62,640 nucleotides of DNA from an uncultured Litorilinea sp. (lineage in GTDB: Bacteria > Chloroflexota > Anaerolineae > Caldilineales > Caldilineaceae): the NCBI GenBank assembly GCA_964655505.1, contig CAZZNG010000002.1, forward strand, positions 1-62,640, written 5' to 3'. The position numbers were made by a program, and so were the translations under genes. Within the stretch, counting starts at the first letter, position 1, and every line of letters begins with the position of its first letter. The notes beneath the pieces were generated by a model. It made no database searches. It was not told the origin of the DNA and saw nothing but the letters and a program-made list of their open reading frames with translations. Positions 1 to 7,491 of this stretch are shown here, one piece after another.

Positions 1-460
1 TCGTGTCCAGCATCGCTTTTCCAATCTCCCGTTCGTTCGAACATCGCCGCGCCGCATGACGCTGCGTCTCCTATCACCTCACGCTCTATTATCTTGCTGG
101 TCTATTACCTTACTGAGATACCACCTCAGCCGATTCTGCCTGCATTGCTCCTCCCACCTGTGGATCATATCCCGCGCACCGGCATGACGCGAGTCGTGTA
201 TAATACAAATCAGTCGATGCGCTTGGGTGTGAGGAAAGGCTCGCTCGCCGGTTGCTGTGATAGCCGCGTGATTGGTCCAACCGGATTGGCAGCGCGGCAG
301 CCGTCTGCCGATCAACAGATCCATGATAGGACGCTGCGCCGTGCGATGCAAACCCGTTACAGCGCCAAATCGACTGCTGCATTGACGACGGATGCAAAGT
401 AAGATGCAATAATCCAAGATCCACAACAACCAAAGATGAACCAGCCCCAAAGGAGGCAGT

Positions 461-1465
461 ATGCGCGTGCTCTTCATCGGCGGCACAGGCAAGATCAGCT
501 CAGCCTGTGCCCAGCTCGCCGTTGACCAAGGCATTGACCTCTATTTGCTCAATCGAGGCCAGACGACCCGGCCCATCCCCGAAAACCTCCACATCCTCCA
601 CGGCGACATTCGCGAGCCGAGCAGCGTCGAAAGCGCGCTGGGCGACCTGACCTTTGACGCGGTGGTCAACTGGATCGCATTCACACCGGAACACATCCGC
701 ACGGATTTGGCGCTCTTCCGCGGGCGTACCCAGCAGTATGTCTTTATCAGTTCGGCGTCGGCCTATCAAAAGCCGTTGAGCGGGCTGCCCATCACCGAAT
801 CAACCCCGCTGGCGAACCCGTTTTGGGAATATTCGCGCAACAAGATCGCGTGTGAAGAGATGCTCATGGCCGCCTACCGGGAGGATGGCTTTCCCTTCAC
901 CATTGTGCGCCCGTCCCACACCTATGACCGCACCATGCTGCCCTTCAACGGCGGCTACACGGTGATCGAGCGGATGCGCAAGGGCAAGCCTGTGGTCGTC
1001 CACGGCGACGGCACATCGCTCTGGGTCTTGACCCATCATCGCGACTTTGCCAAGGGGTTTGTGCCGCTGTTGGGCAACAACCATGCCATTGCTGAAGCGG
1101 TTCACATTACGTCGGACGAACTGTTGACCTGGAACCAGATTTTCACCATCTGCGCCAAGGCCGCGGGCGTGGATTCGCCCGACCTGGTCTATGTGCCCTC
1201 CGAGGTGATCGCGGCCTACGATCCCGCCTGGGGTGCTGGGCTGTTGGGCGATAAGGCCCACAGCGTCGTCTTTGACAACAGCAAGGTCAAGCGGCTGGCC
1301 CCCGGCTTTGCCGCCACGATCCCCTTTGTGCGCGGCGCGGAAGAGATCATGGCCTGGTATGACGCGGACCCGTCGCGCCAAGTGGTGGACCCGGCCATGG
1401 ACCAGACCATTGACAAGCTCGTCGCCGCGCAGCGCAAAGTCTGGCCCGTCCCCGCAACGGCATAA
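461..1465 (+). CDS. NAD-dependent epimerase/dehydratase (extended SDR family)
   Basis: 334-aa ORF. N-terminal Rossmann motif FIGGTGKISSA and catalytic YxxxK (YSRNK). AGGAGG Shine-Dalgarno at 451-456. Confidence 0.85.
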   Translation: MRVLFIGGTGKISSACAQLAVDQGIDLYLLNRGQTTRPIPENLHILHGDIREPSSVESALGDLTFDAVVNWIAFTPEHIRTDLALFRGRTQQYVFISSASAYQKPLSGLPITESTPLANPFWEYSRNKIACEEMLMAAYREDGFPFTIVRPSHTYDRTMLPFNGGYTVIERMRKGKPVVVHGDGTSLWVLTHHRDFAKGFVPLLGNNHAIAEAVHITSDELLTWNQIFTICAKAAGVDSPDLVYVPSEVIAAYDPAWGAGLLGDKAHSVVFDNSKVKRLAPGFAATIPFVRGAEEIMAWYDADPSRQVVDPAMDQTIDKLVAAQRKVWPVPATA

Positions 1466-1716
1466 GGGGTCACGGCTGAAACCTTTGTTCGCGTGCTGCG
1501 TACTGTTTTGTGAATGGGCTTTATGAATGGGCATTAGCGTGCGCTGAAGGCCCATAACAAGAGGCTGCCTCTTGTATAAGCAGGATAAGAGACAGCCCCG
1601 CGACAGGTCTGGCCGATGCGAGCCTGCGCGATACACAGATAGCGACCATGCGGCTGCATGCGAACAGAGATGTGCATAGACAGCGATGCATAGGAGAAAT
1701 AGGAGAAGGGTGAATC

Positions 1717-1905
1717 GTGGAGATGAGCGAAAATAAACTGCGGCGTCAAAACGGCGTCATTGCCGGTGTGTGTGGGGGGCTGGGCGAATTCTTCGGCCTC
1801 AACCCGATCTGGTTTCGCATTCTCTTCCTGATCTTGTTGGTGCCGGGTGGGGTGCCGGGGCTGCTGCCCTATATCCTGCTCTGGATCATCATTCCGCGCC
1901 GCTAG
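1717..1905 (+). CDS. PspC-domain small membrane protein
   Basis: 62 aa. GVIAGVCGGLGEFFGLNPIWFRILF matches the PspC domain signature and is followed by one TM helix. GTG start preceded by AGGAGAAGGG. Confidence 0.7.
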   Translation: MEMSENKLRRQNGVIAGVCGGLGEFFGLNPIWFRILFLILLVPGGVPGLLPYILLWIIIPRR

Positions 1906-1950
1906 ATACCTCTTTCTCTAGCACACACCTAGCAAACAGGGCCAATGCTC

Positions 1951-1990
1951 TGATCTTCCCGGAAGCTGCAAAGCTCTCCGGGAAGTTTAT
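1951..1990. repeat. REP-like palindromic element, short form
   Basis: TGATCTTCCCGGAAGC...CTCCGGGAAG. Arms CTTCCCGGA (1955-1963) and TCCGGGAAG (1977-1985). The reverse complement shares the 15-nt CTTCCGGGAAGATCA with the copy at 42843-42884. Starts 45 nt after the pspC-domain gene stop. Confidence 0.7.
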
Positions 1991-2237
1991 ATTTCGGGGA
2001 GTTTATCTTTCCGTGGTTACCCGTTTTGCGTCTGTCTGCAGACCGCTTGCCCCGTTACCAACCCCACACGTCCCCTGTGTCGTGCGACACACCGTGCGAT
2101 CTCCTCCTTGGCTACACTGAAAATCAGAAATTCGTATGCGCCCTTGGATGCGCCTCTGCAGCCAATCGCTTGCCAGCGGATTTCCACGTACTCACATCGC
2201 AAAACAGTACGCTTTCTTGTAGCACAAGGAGGACGCT

Positions 2238-3371
2238 ATGCAATCGCTTACTTCGCTTCCGGTTGGATTGCTGCAATCTGGTTTCCAACATTTTAACCGG
2301 CGCATGAGCATCTGCGCCGCGCTCGTGTTGGCGGCCCTGGTGCTGACAGCTTGTCCAGGCAAGCAGTTAGGCTTTCAGGGGCGGCTGCTCGACGCCAACG
2401 GCAACGCGCTCAACGGACAGTATGACATGGTTTTTCGGCTTTGGAGCGACGCCACCAGCACCAACAACGACAGCCTGAAGTACACCTTCACCCAAAACGA
2501 CGTGCAGATGACCAACGGCCTCTTCGATCTGCCCATCGGCTCCAGCGGCATTACGCCGAATGATGGCATCGACCCGGCCATCTTCACGCAACAGTTGTTC
2601 CTGGAGATTGAGATCGAGGGCGAAACCCTTAGCCCTCGCCAGCCGTTGCGCGGCTCGCCCTATGCCATGACCTTGGCGGGCGGCGCGGTCGTCATTGGTT
2701 TGCAAGAGGGTGATGGCCCCGGCGGCAACGATGAAACCGACGTCAACTATGCTACCTTGAGCGTCGTGGCCGCGGGCGCACAGGGGACCGCGCTGGGCGT
2801 CCACGCCAATCAGGGCGATCTGATCCGCGCCTGCACAGGCGCGCTGGGGGGAACCAACACGCGCGAGTGCAGCAACCTGCGCTTTCGCGTTGCGGCCAAC
2901 GGCAATGTGACGGCAGACGGCAACTTCACCGGCGGCGGCGCAGACTTCGCGGAATACATTCGCTTGGCCGAGCAGCCGTCCGTCGATCTGGCAGCCGATC
3001 ACGCCTATGCGCCCGGCGACGTGCTGGTGATCAGCCCGACCGAGGATCGCGCCGTAGAGTTGGCAAGCGAACCCTACTCCACAGCCGTGATAGGCGTCTA
3101 CTCGACCGATCCCGCGCTATTGGGTGGCGGTCGCTATTTGGATGACGAAGGCAACACCGATATGCTGCCAGTCGGCATTGTCGGCATCGTGCCTGTCAAG
3201 GTCAGCGCGGAGAACGGCGCAATCCGGCGCGGCGATCTCTTGACCACTTCGTCCACGCCAGGCCACGCCATGTTGGCAACTGACTATGTGCCAGGGGCCA
3301 TCCTGGGCAAGGCAATGGGCGAGTTAACGAGCGGAACCGGCGTGATCGAAGTCGTCCTGCTGCTCCAGTAG
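2238..3371 (+). CDS. exported lipoprotein with tail-fibre-like N-terminal module (function unknown)
   Basis: 377 aa. Strong AAGGAGG SD at 2226-2232 and lipobox LVLTAC. The FQGRLLDANGNALNG..FRLW..NGLFDL module resembles bacterial tail-fibre-domain surface proteins. No enzymatic motif seen. Confidence 0.6.
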   Translation: MQSLTSLPVGLLQSGFQHFNRRMSICAALVLAALVLTACPGKQLGFQGRLLDANGNALNGQYDMVFRLWSDATSTNNDSLKYTFTQNDVQMTNGLFDLPIGSSGITPNDGIDPAIFTQQLFLEIEIEGETLSPRQPLRGSPYAMTLAGGAVVIGLQEGDGPGGNDETDVNYATLSVVAAGAQGTALGVHANQGDLIRACTGALGGTNTRECSNLRFRVAANGNVTADGNFTGGGADFAEYIRLAEQPSVDLAADHAYAPGDVLVISPTEDRAVELASEPYSTAVIGVYSTDPALLGGGRYLDDEGNTDMLPVGIVGIVPVKVSAENGAIRRGDLLTTSSTPGHAMLATDYVPGAILGKAMGELTSGTGVIEVVLLLQ

Positions 3372-3411
3372 CCATGCGACCGTACAGGGCTTTCACGAAA
3401 GGGGAATCCCA

Positions 3412-3705
3412 ATGCGTAAACAGTTGTTGTGGGCTGGGGTTGGGCTGCTGCTTGCCTTGGCGCTCAATTTCAGCGCAGCCCAGGCCCAAACTTCGGCCAA
3501 CTATGACCTGGGTTGGCATACGATCCTAGGTGCATACGCCGGGGGCACGGCGATGGAGTCGGCAAGCTATCACTTAGTCACATCCATGGGCGGCATCGGC
3601 GAAACATCGTCTAGCAGCGCCTCGTTCCAACTATGCACAGGCTATATCTGTGATTCGGGCAGCCCGGTCTTTCGCATTCACCTGCCCTCGCTGCGCAAAG
3701 ATTAG
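3412..3705 (+). CDS. small secreted protein, function unknown
   Basis: 97 aa. Signal peptide ending AAQAQT. Three internal SA(N/S)(Y/F)xL repeats (SANYDL, SASYHL, SASFQL). 40 nt downstream of the preceding lipoprotein gene. Confidence 0.5.
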   Translation: MRKQLLWAGVGLLLALALNFSAAQAQTSANYDLGWHTILGAYAGGTAMESASYHLVTSMGGIGETSSSSASFQLCTGYICDSGSPVFRIHLPSLRKD

Positions 3706-3737
3706 CCTAAACCTTTGATTTGGATTCACAGTGAAAC

Positions 3738-3770
3738 CGGCCCGACCTGGTGCATTGCCAGGTCGGGCCG
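3738..3770. terminator. 13-bp perfect stem-loop between convergent genes
   Basis: CGGCCCGACCTGG (3738-3750), loop TGCATTG, CCAGGTCGGGCCG (3758-3770). Lies between the + gene ending at 3705 and the - gene ending at 3806. Flanking T/A tracts are weak. Confidence 0.5.
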
Positions 3771-3805
3771 CTGTCTATTGGCTGGCGATGGGCGCGAGAT
3801 CGGGC

Positions 3806-4321
3806 TTATTTTGCATTGAATTCAATGGGCTGGGGAGACAAGGTGCGCCACGTCCGGTTATAGTACAGGATGGGTTCGCCCGTGTCCGACGTGCCCGCGG
3901 CCACCACGTCGCCCACAAAGATCGAATGATCGCCCCCATCATAGGCATGGGCGAGGCGGCAGTCTACCCAAGTGAGCACGCCGGGCAGGATGGGCGAGCC
4001 GGTGACGGCTGTCTGCACGTCGATATTGGCGAAGCGGTCGCCCTGTTCGGGGATCATGCCCGCAAAGAGCATACCCCATTCCATCTGCTCGGTGTTGAGG
4101 ATATTGACGGCGAATACGCCGCTTTGAGCGATGACCTGATGGGTATAGAGCCGCTTGGCGACACAAATAAGGATGCGCGGCGGTTCGAGGCTCAGGCTGC
4201 TGAAGGAACTCGCGGTAATGCCCACACGTTGTCCATCGTGATGCGACGTCAGCACGGTGACGCCGCTGGCCCAATGGGCCATTGCCGTTTTGAAGTCTTC
4301 GGGATCAATCGACATAGTCAA
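3806..4321 (-). CDS. flavin reductase family protein (FMN-binding split-barrel)
   Basis: 171 aa. The segments FKTAMAHWASGVTVLTS and GITASSFSSLSLEPP are typical of the flavin reductase-like domain. Confidence 0.85.
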   Translation of the reverse strand: MTMSIDPEDFKTAMAHWASGVTVLTSHHDGQRVGITASSFSSLSLEPPRILICVAKRLYTHQVIAQSGVFAVNILNTEQMEWGMLFAGMIPEQGDRFANIDVQTAVTGSPILPGVLTWVDCRLAHAYDGGDHSIFVGDVVAAGTSDTGEPILYYNRTWRTLSPQPIEFNAK

Positions 4322-4402
4322 TCCTTTACGCTAATCCATTTAGGCGGCGCGCCGTGCAAGGGCCTAGTCCCTACATGGAAGATTAACTGATTTTGATTTG
4401 TC

Positions 4403-4431
4403 ATCCATCGCGGTCTATCACCGCGATGGAT
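4403..4431. promoter_or_regulatory. perfect 12-bp inverted repeat, candidate operator
   Basis: ATCCATCGCGGT-CTATC-ACCGCGATGGAT, 82-110 bp upstream of the flavin reductase start. No T-tract in terminator position on either strand. Confidence 0.3.
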
Positions 4432-4877
4432 CGTGCGGCCATCTTGCTGTACACTTCGCCTTCTGGCGATCAGCCTATGGCACGGGTAAGTTATGACTGC
4501 TCATGATAAAGCAAGCCGGGACATAGAAAAAGAAACTCGGTTCCAAAGATCGAGGCAGAATCCGCAGGCGCGCCATCCCGTTCGTAAATTGGCCTAATGT
4601 CACCTGTCCGGCTATCCTCTCAAATTGACAGCTACGGGGCTTCAAGGCACAATCATAGGGTTGTTTTTGTGAAGATTCGCACACACCTGGCCTTCGGGCG
4701 GCGCTTCCCCTGCTGCTTCAACCGGCAAGCGGCCCATGCTGCAGGATCAAACCTGTCCGGTTGCTGGAGCCGACGGCAGCTCTGCCCACGCGAAGGAGGT
4801 CGGTAACCTTGCAGGCAACCCAAAACAGTCACTCGCTGCACAACGCTTAGAAACAGAGAATGTGAGGAGTAAACTGC

Positions 4878-6164
4878 ATGAATCGTTTGGTTTACAGCGC
4901 GTTTTGTTTGACGTTGGCCTTGGCGCTTGCTGCCTGTGGCGGCGCCCGACAGGTCGATGAAGCAGCCCTACCCACCCTGATTCCGACGTTAGCGCCCGAC
5001 GCATTTGCCGTTACGCCAATCCCCACGAACACGCCGACCCCACAGCCAACCGCCGTGCCGACTGAAGCCGCAGCCGACGAAGCCGACGAGGTTGAAGCAG
5101 GTGAGTCGATTACCGCAACGGATGCGATTACCGATAGCGACGACCTGACGGCTACCGAGGGGTTGACTGAAACCGAAGGGTTGACCGAGACTGAGGGGTT
5201 GACCGAAACCGAGGGCCTGACCGAGACTGAAGGGTTAACCGAGACGGACGAGCTTACCGCCACCGGCGAACTCACAGTCACCGAAGAAGTGACCGCGACA
5301 GAGGAAGTCACCGCGACGGAAGAAGTGACTGAGACGGAAGAAGCCACCGAAACAGACGACGCGGAGGTGGGGTCCAGCGCAGCCGTCACCAGCACGGAGG
5401 AAGTGACCGCGACGGAGGCGCTGACGGATACGGAAGATGCCGACGCGGAGGACGCTGACGAGGCCGACGCGGAGGAGACACCCGAAGCCGACGCCACAGC
5501 AGAATCGACCCCTGACGCCGGGGCAGATGATGACGCGGCAGCGGGTGACGCTGCTGCAGAGGATGACGCGGCGGAAGATGAGAATGAGCCGGTTTCCTCC
5601 TCCGGTGTGCTTGTGCCGACGGCGACCCCCACTGCTGCCGCCGGGGACGACGCAGCAGATGACGAAGCGAACGATGAAGAAGACAGCGCCGCATCGATTG
5701 GTGCGGCGTCGGTCGACGATCAAACTGGCGATGATCCTGAAGCCACCGACGAAGCGGATGAAAACGCCACCGATTCCACCGATTCCGCCGATTCCGACGA
5801 TGCGGCAGACGAGAGCCTGAGCAGCGACATTGTTCCCCAAGCGGTGCTCGACGCCTTGCAAAACGCGGACCCGGAGAACGGGCAGCAGCTTACGCTGGCG
5901 AACGGCTGCATCGGCTGTCACTCCATGGACCCGGACCAGATCATGGCCGGTCCCACTTGGCACAACATCGCCAATGTCGCCGAGACTCGCGTCGAAGGTG
6001 AAAATGCGGTCGAGTATCTCTACAACAGCATCCTCCACCCTAACGACTATGTGGTGGAAGGTTTCCAGCCCAACGTCATGTTGCAAATTTATGAGGACAC
6101 GTTGACCGAGCAAGACCTGGCCGACATCATCGCCTATCTGCTCACGCTGGACGGCAGCAACTAG
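4878..6164 (+). CDS. lipoprotein with long polyacidic repeat region and C-terminal class I c-type cytochrome domain
   Basis: 428 aa. GAGGAG SD and lipobox LALAAC. A roughly 300-aa D/E/T/A-rich segment is followed by the haem-binding motif CIGCH and a distal Met region (VMLQ) in the last ~100 aa. Confidence 0.8.
   Translation: MNRLVYSAFCLTLALALAACGGARQVDEAALPTLIPTLAPDAFAVTPIPTNTPTPQPTAVPTEAAADEADEVEAGESITATDAITDSDDLTATEGLTETEGLTETEGLTETEGLTETEGLTETDELTATGELTVTEEVTATEEVTATEEVTETEEATETDDAEVGSSAAVTSTEEVTATEALTDTEDADAEDADEADAEETPEADATAESTPDAGADDDAAAGDAAAEDDAAEDENEPVSSSGVLVPTATPTAAAGDDAADDEANDEEDSAASIGAASVDDQTGDDPEATDEADENATDSTDSADSDDAADESLSSDIVPQAVLDALQNADPENGQQLTLANGCIGCHSMDPDQIMAGPTWHNIANVAETRVEGENAVEYLYNSILHPNDYVVEGFQPNVMLQIYEDTLTEQDLADIIAYLLTLDGSN
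5154..5351 (+). repeat. in-frame 18-bp tandem array (11 units) inside the cytochrome gene
   Basis: Encodes TEGLTE x5, TDELTA, TGELTV, then TEEVTA-like x4. Units differ mainly at synonymous positions. Confidence 0.9.
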
Positions 6165-6275
6165 AGACGCTTACACTTCCGGGGAGCGTCATGATGGTTG
6201 AAAAATGAATGTGGTAATCGTTCTTGCGGCGCAGGCTCAATCCCCAGGCGACCAGTGATTACCCTGTTAATTTCT

Positions 6276-6330
6276 TCATGCCCATCAAACTCCCCGGAAG
6301 TTTACTTCTGCTGCGAAGCTCCCCGGAAAG
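6276..6330. repeat. REP-like element, degenerate copy
   Basis: TTCATGCCCATC...CTCCCCGGAAG...GCTGCGAAGCTCCCCGGAAAG shares the TTCATGCCCATC and CCGGAAG modules with the copies at 37045 and 54904. A matching left arm, CTTCCGGGGAGCGTC, sits at 6176-6190, 11 nt after the cytochrome gene stop. Confidence 0.5.
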
Positions 6331-6514
6331 GCTTGCGCCATTGAAGCAGAACACTTTTGCTGGCGCACTGCTACGATGCTAGAATGTCAATATATTCTTG
6401 ATCTGTGAAACAACCAGCGGCATCCTTGCGTTTGACGCGGCGAGCGATTACCGCTAGTTTGACTCGTTTGACCATTGCGACCGGCGGCCTTATGGTCCAG
6501 CCGACAGCCAGGAG

Positions 6515-6811
6515 TTGCCAAACATGCCAGCCATGCTTTATCTGCCCAATAAGGCGGACCCTGTTGCCGTCTTGGACGATGTGCAGATCGTCAAGATGAA
6601 CGATAACCATCCGGACTTCCCCTATCGGATTACATACAAATCGGCGAAACTCCATACGGGCAAGATCATGGTCGAGCTGCACCGTGACAAAAAGATGGTG
6701 CTCAAGCTCGACGATGGACGCACTTGCTCGGTTGTTCTCCAGCACGCCAGCATGGACAGAGAGGGCAATGCAGTGGGTGTCCTGCGCGTACTGGATGGTC
6801 TAGCCGACTAA
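6515..6811 (+). CDS. hypothetical small protein
   Basis: 98 aa with no recognisable motif. G+C is visibly lower than in neighbours. It is followed by its own terminator at 6858-6899, which supports an independent transcription unit. Confidence 0.5.
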   Translation: MPNMPAMLYLPNKADPVAVLDDVQIVKMNDNHPDFPYRITYKSAKLHTGKIMVELHRDKKMVLKLDDGRTCSVVLQHASMDREGNAVGVLRVLDGLAD

Positions 6812-6857
6812 TACGGCGAGTCTGCGTACGTTTGCCCAACGCTTTCGCTTAAATTGG

Positions 6858-6899
6858 AATGCCGGTCAAATGCAAGCGCAGATGGCCGGCATTTTTATT
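6858..6899 (+). terminator. rho-independent terminator
   Basis: AATGCCGG (6858-6865) pairs with CCGGCATT (6886-6893) and is followed by TTTATT. Lies 47 nt after the 6811 stop. Confidence 0.6.
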
Positions 6900-6927
6900 C
6901 GCCCGGTCTAACCCATCTGAATCTTCT

Positions 6928-7491
6928 ATGGACAATCAAGCACCACGAGCTTTGCCGTCTGATGTAACGGAGCCAACCGCACCCACCACGCCACGCGGCG
7001 ACGCCGCGCCGCGCCGTGGGCGTACACGCTTTTGGGCTGGATTTGCCCTCAGCTTTTTGCTGTTGAGCATCGCAAGCTGCGGCGGCCTCTTCATGGCGAC
7101 AGGCCTGTCGCGCCTCAGCCTGAGCGATCTGCAAGCCGGGGGGCGGGCTTGGACACCGCCGCCGGTGACCCCAACGCCCGAAGCCGCGGAGACGCCCATC
7201 ATCGAAGAGTCGCAAGAGGTGGCAAGCGGCCTTTTTCAGCCGGGCGAACAGCTACGCAATGCAACCTCCAGCGTGGTGAATGTGCGCGCTACACCTGGCT
7301 ATTTGAGCAAGCCCGGCGGCGACATCATCGCCCAAGTGCCGCCTGGCGGCAGCGTGGAAATTGTCGGCGACCGCGCGTCGGCGGATAATTTGACCTGGTG
7401 GCTGATCCGTTACCGCGCGGCGGACGGTGCCGTCATAGAAGGATGGATGGCACAGGCAACAGCCAGCGGAGTGCAGATCTTAGCCAGATGA
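6928..7491 (+). CDS. membrane-anchored SH3-domain protein
   Basis: 187 aa from ATG 6928; the longer 6859 start lies inside the terminator hairpin. One TM helix (FWAGFALSFLLLSIASCGGLFMA). C-terminal bacterial SH3-like segment VVNVRATPGY...GWM. Confidence 0.7.
   Translation: MDNQAPRALPSDVTEPTAPTTPRGDAAPRRGRTRFWAGFALSFLLLSIASCGGLFMATGLSRLSLSDLQAGGRAWTPPPVTPTPEAAETPIIEESQEVASGLFQPGEQLRNATSSVVNVRATPGYLSKPGGDIIAQVPPGGSVEIVGDRASADNLTWWLIRYRAADGAVIEGWMAQATASGVQILAR

Noticed and set aside
231-245. GAGGAAAGGCTCGCT, resembling the RNase P RNA P4 sequence GAGGAAAGUCCGGGC
   Set aside because: The match is partial, and the other universally conserved RNase P elements (such as the ACAGAA.CCGGCUUA-type 3' P4 strand) are absent from the surrounding 400 nt.
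3731-4390. 219-aa plus-strand ORF
   Set aside because: Antisense to the flavin reductase gene, and it starts inside the 3738-3770 hairpin.
5154-5351. Regular 18-bp repeats considered as a possible CRISPR-like array
   Set aside because: The units are contiguous with no spacers, in-frame, and lie inside a CDS with a clear N-terminal lipobox and C-terminal cytochrome domain. The 15-bp intergenic arrays likewise lack spacers.
4892-6113. Minus-strand ORFs of 246 aa and 292 aa across the acidic-repeat gene
   Set aside because: These are reverse-complement readings of the GA-rich repeat region, giving poly-Ser/Val or poly-Arg peptides. The plus strand has a lipobox, an SD and the CIGCH haem motif.
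6371-6745. 124-aa minus-strand ORF competing with 6515-6811
   Set aside because: The terminator at 6858-6899 is oriented for the plus-strand ORF, and the minus ORF has no SD. Neither has homologues recognisable by eye, so confidence stays modest.
6859-6927. Longer N-terminal extension of the SH3 protein ORF
   Set aside because: ATG 6859 lies inside the terminator stem (AATGCCGG..CCGGCATT-TTTATT), so the start was moved to ATG 6928.
7398-7487. N-terminal extension of the helicase ORF
   Set aside because: It overlaps the SH3 protein gene in another frame. ATG 7488 gives the canonical distance to the Walker A motif and an ATGA stop/start coupling.
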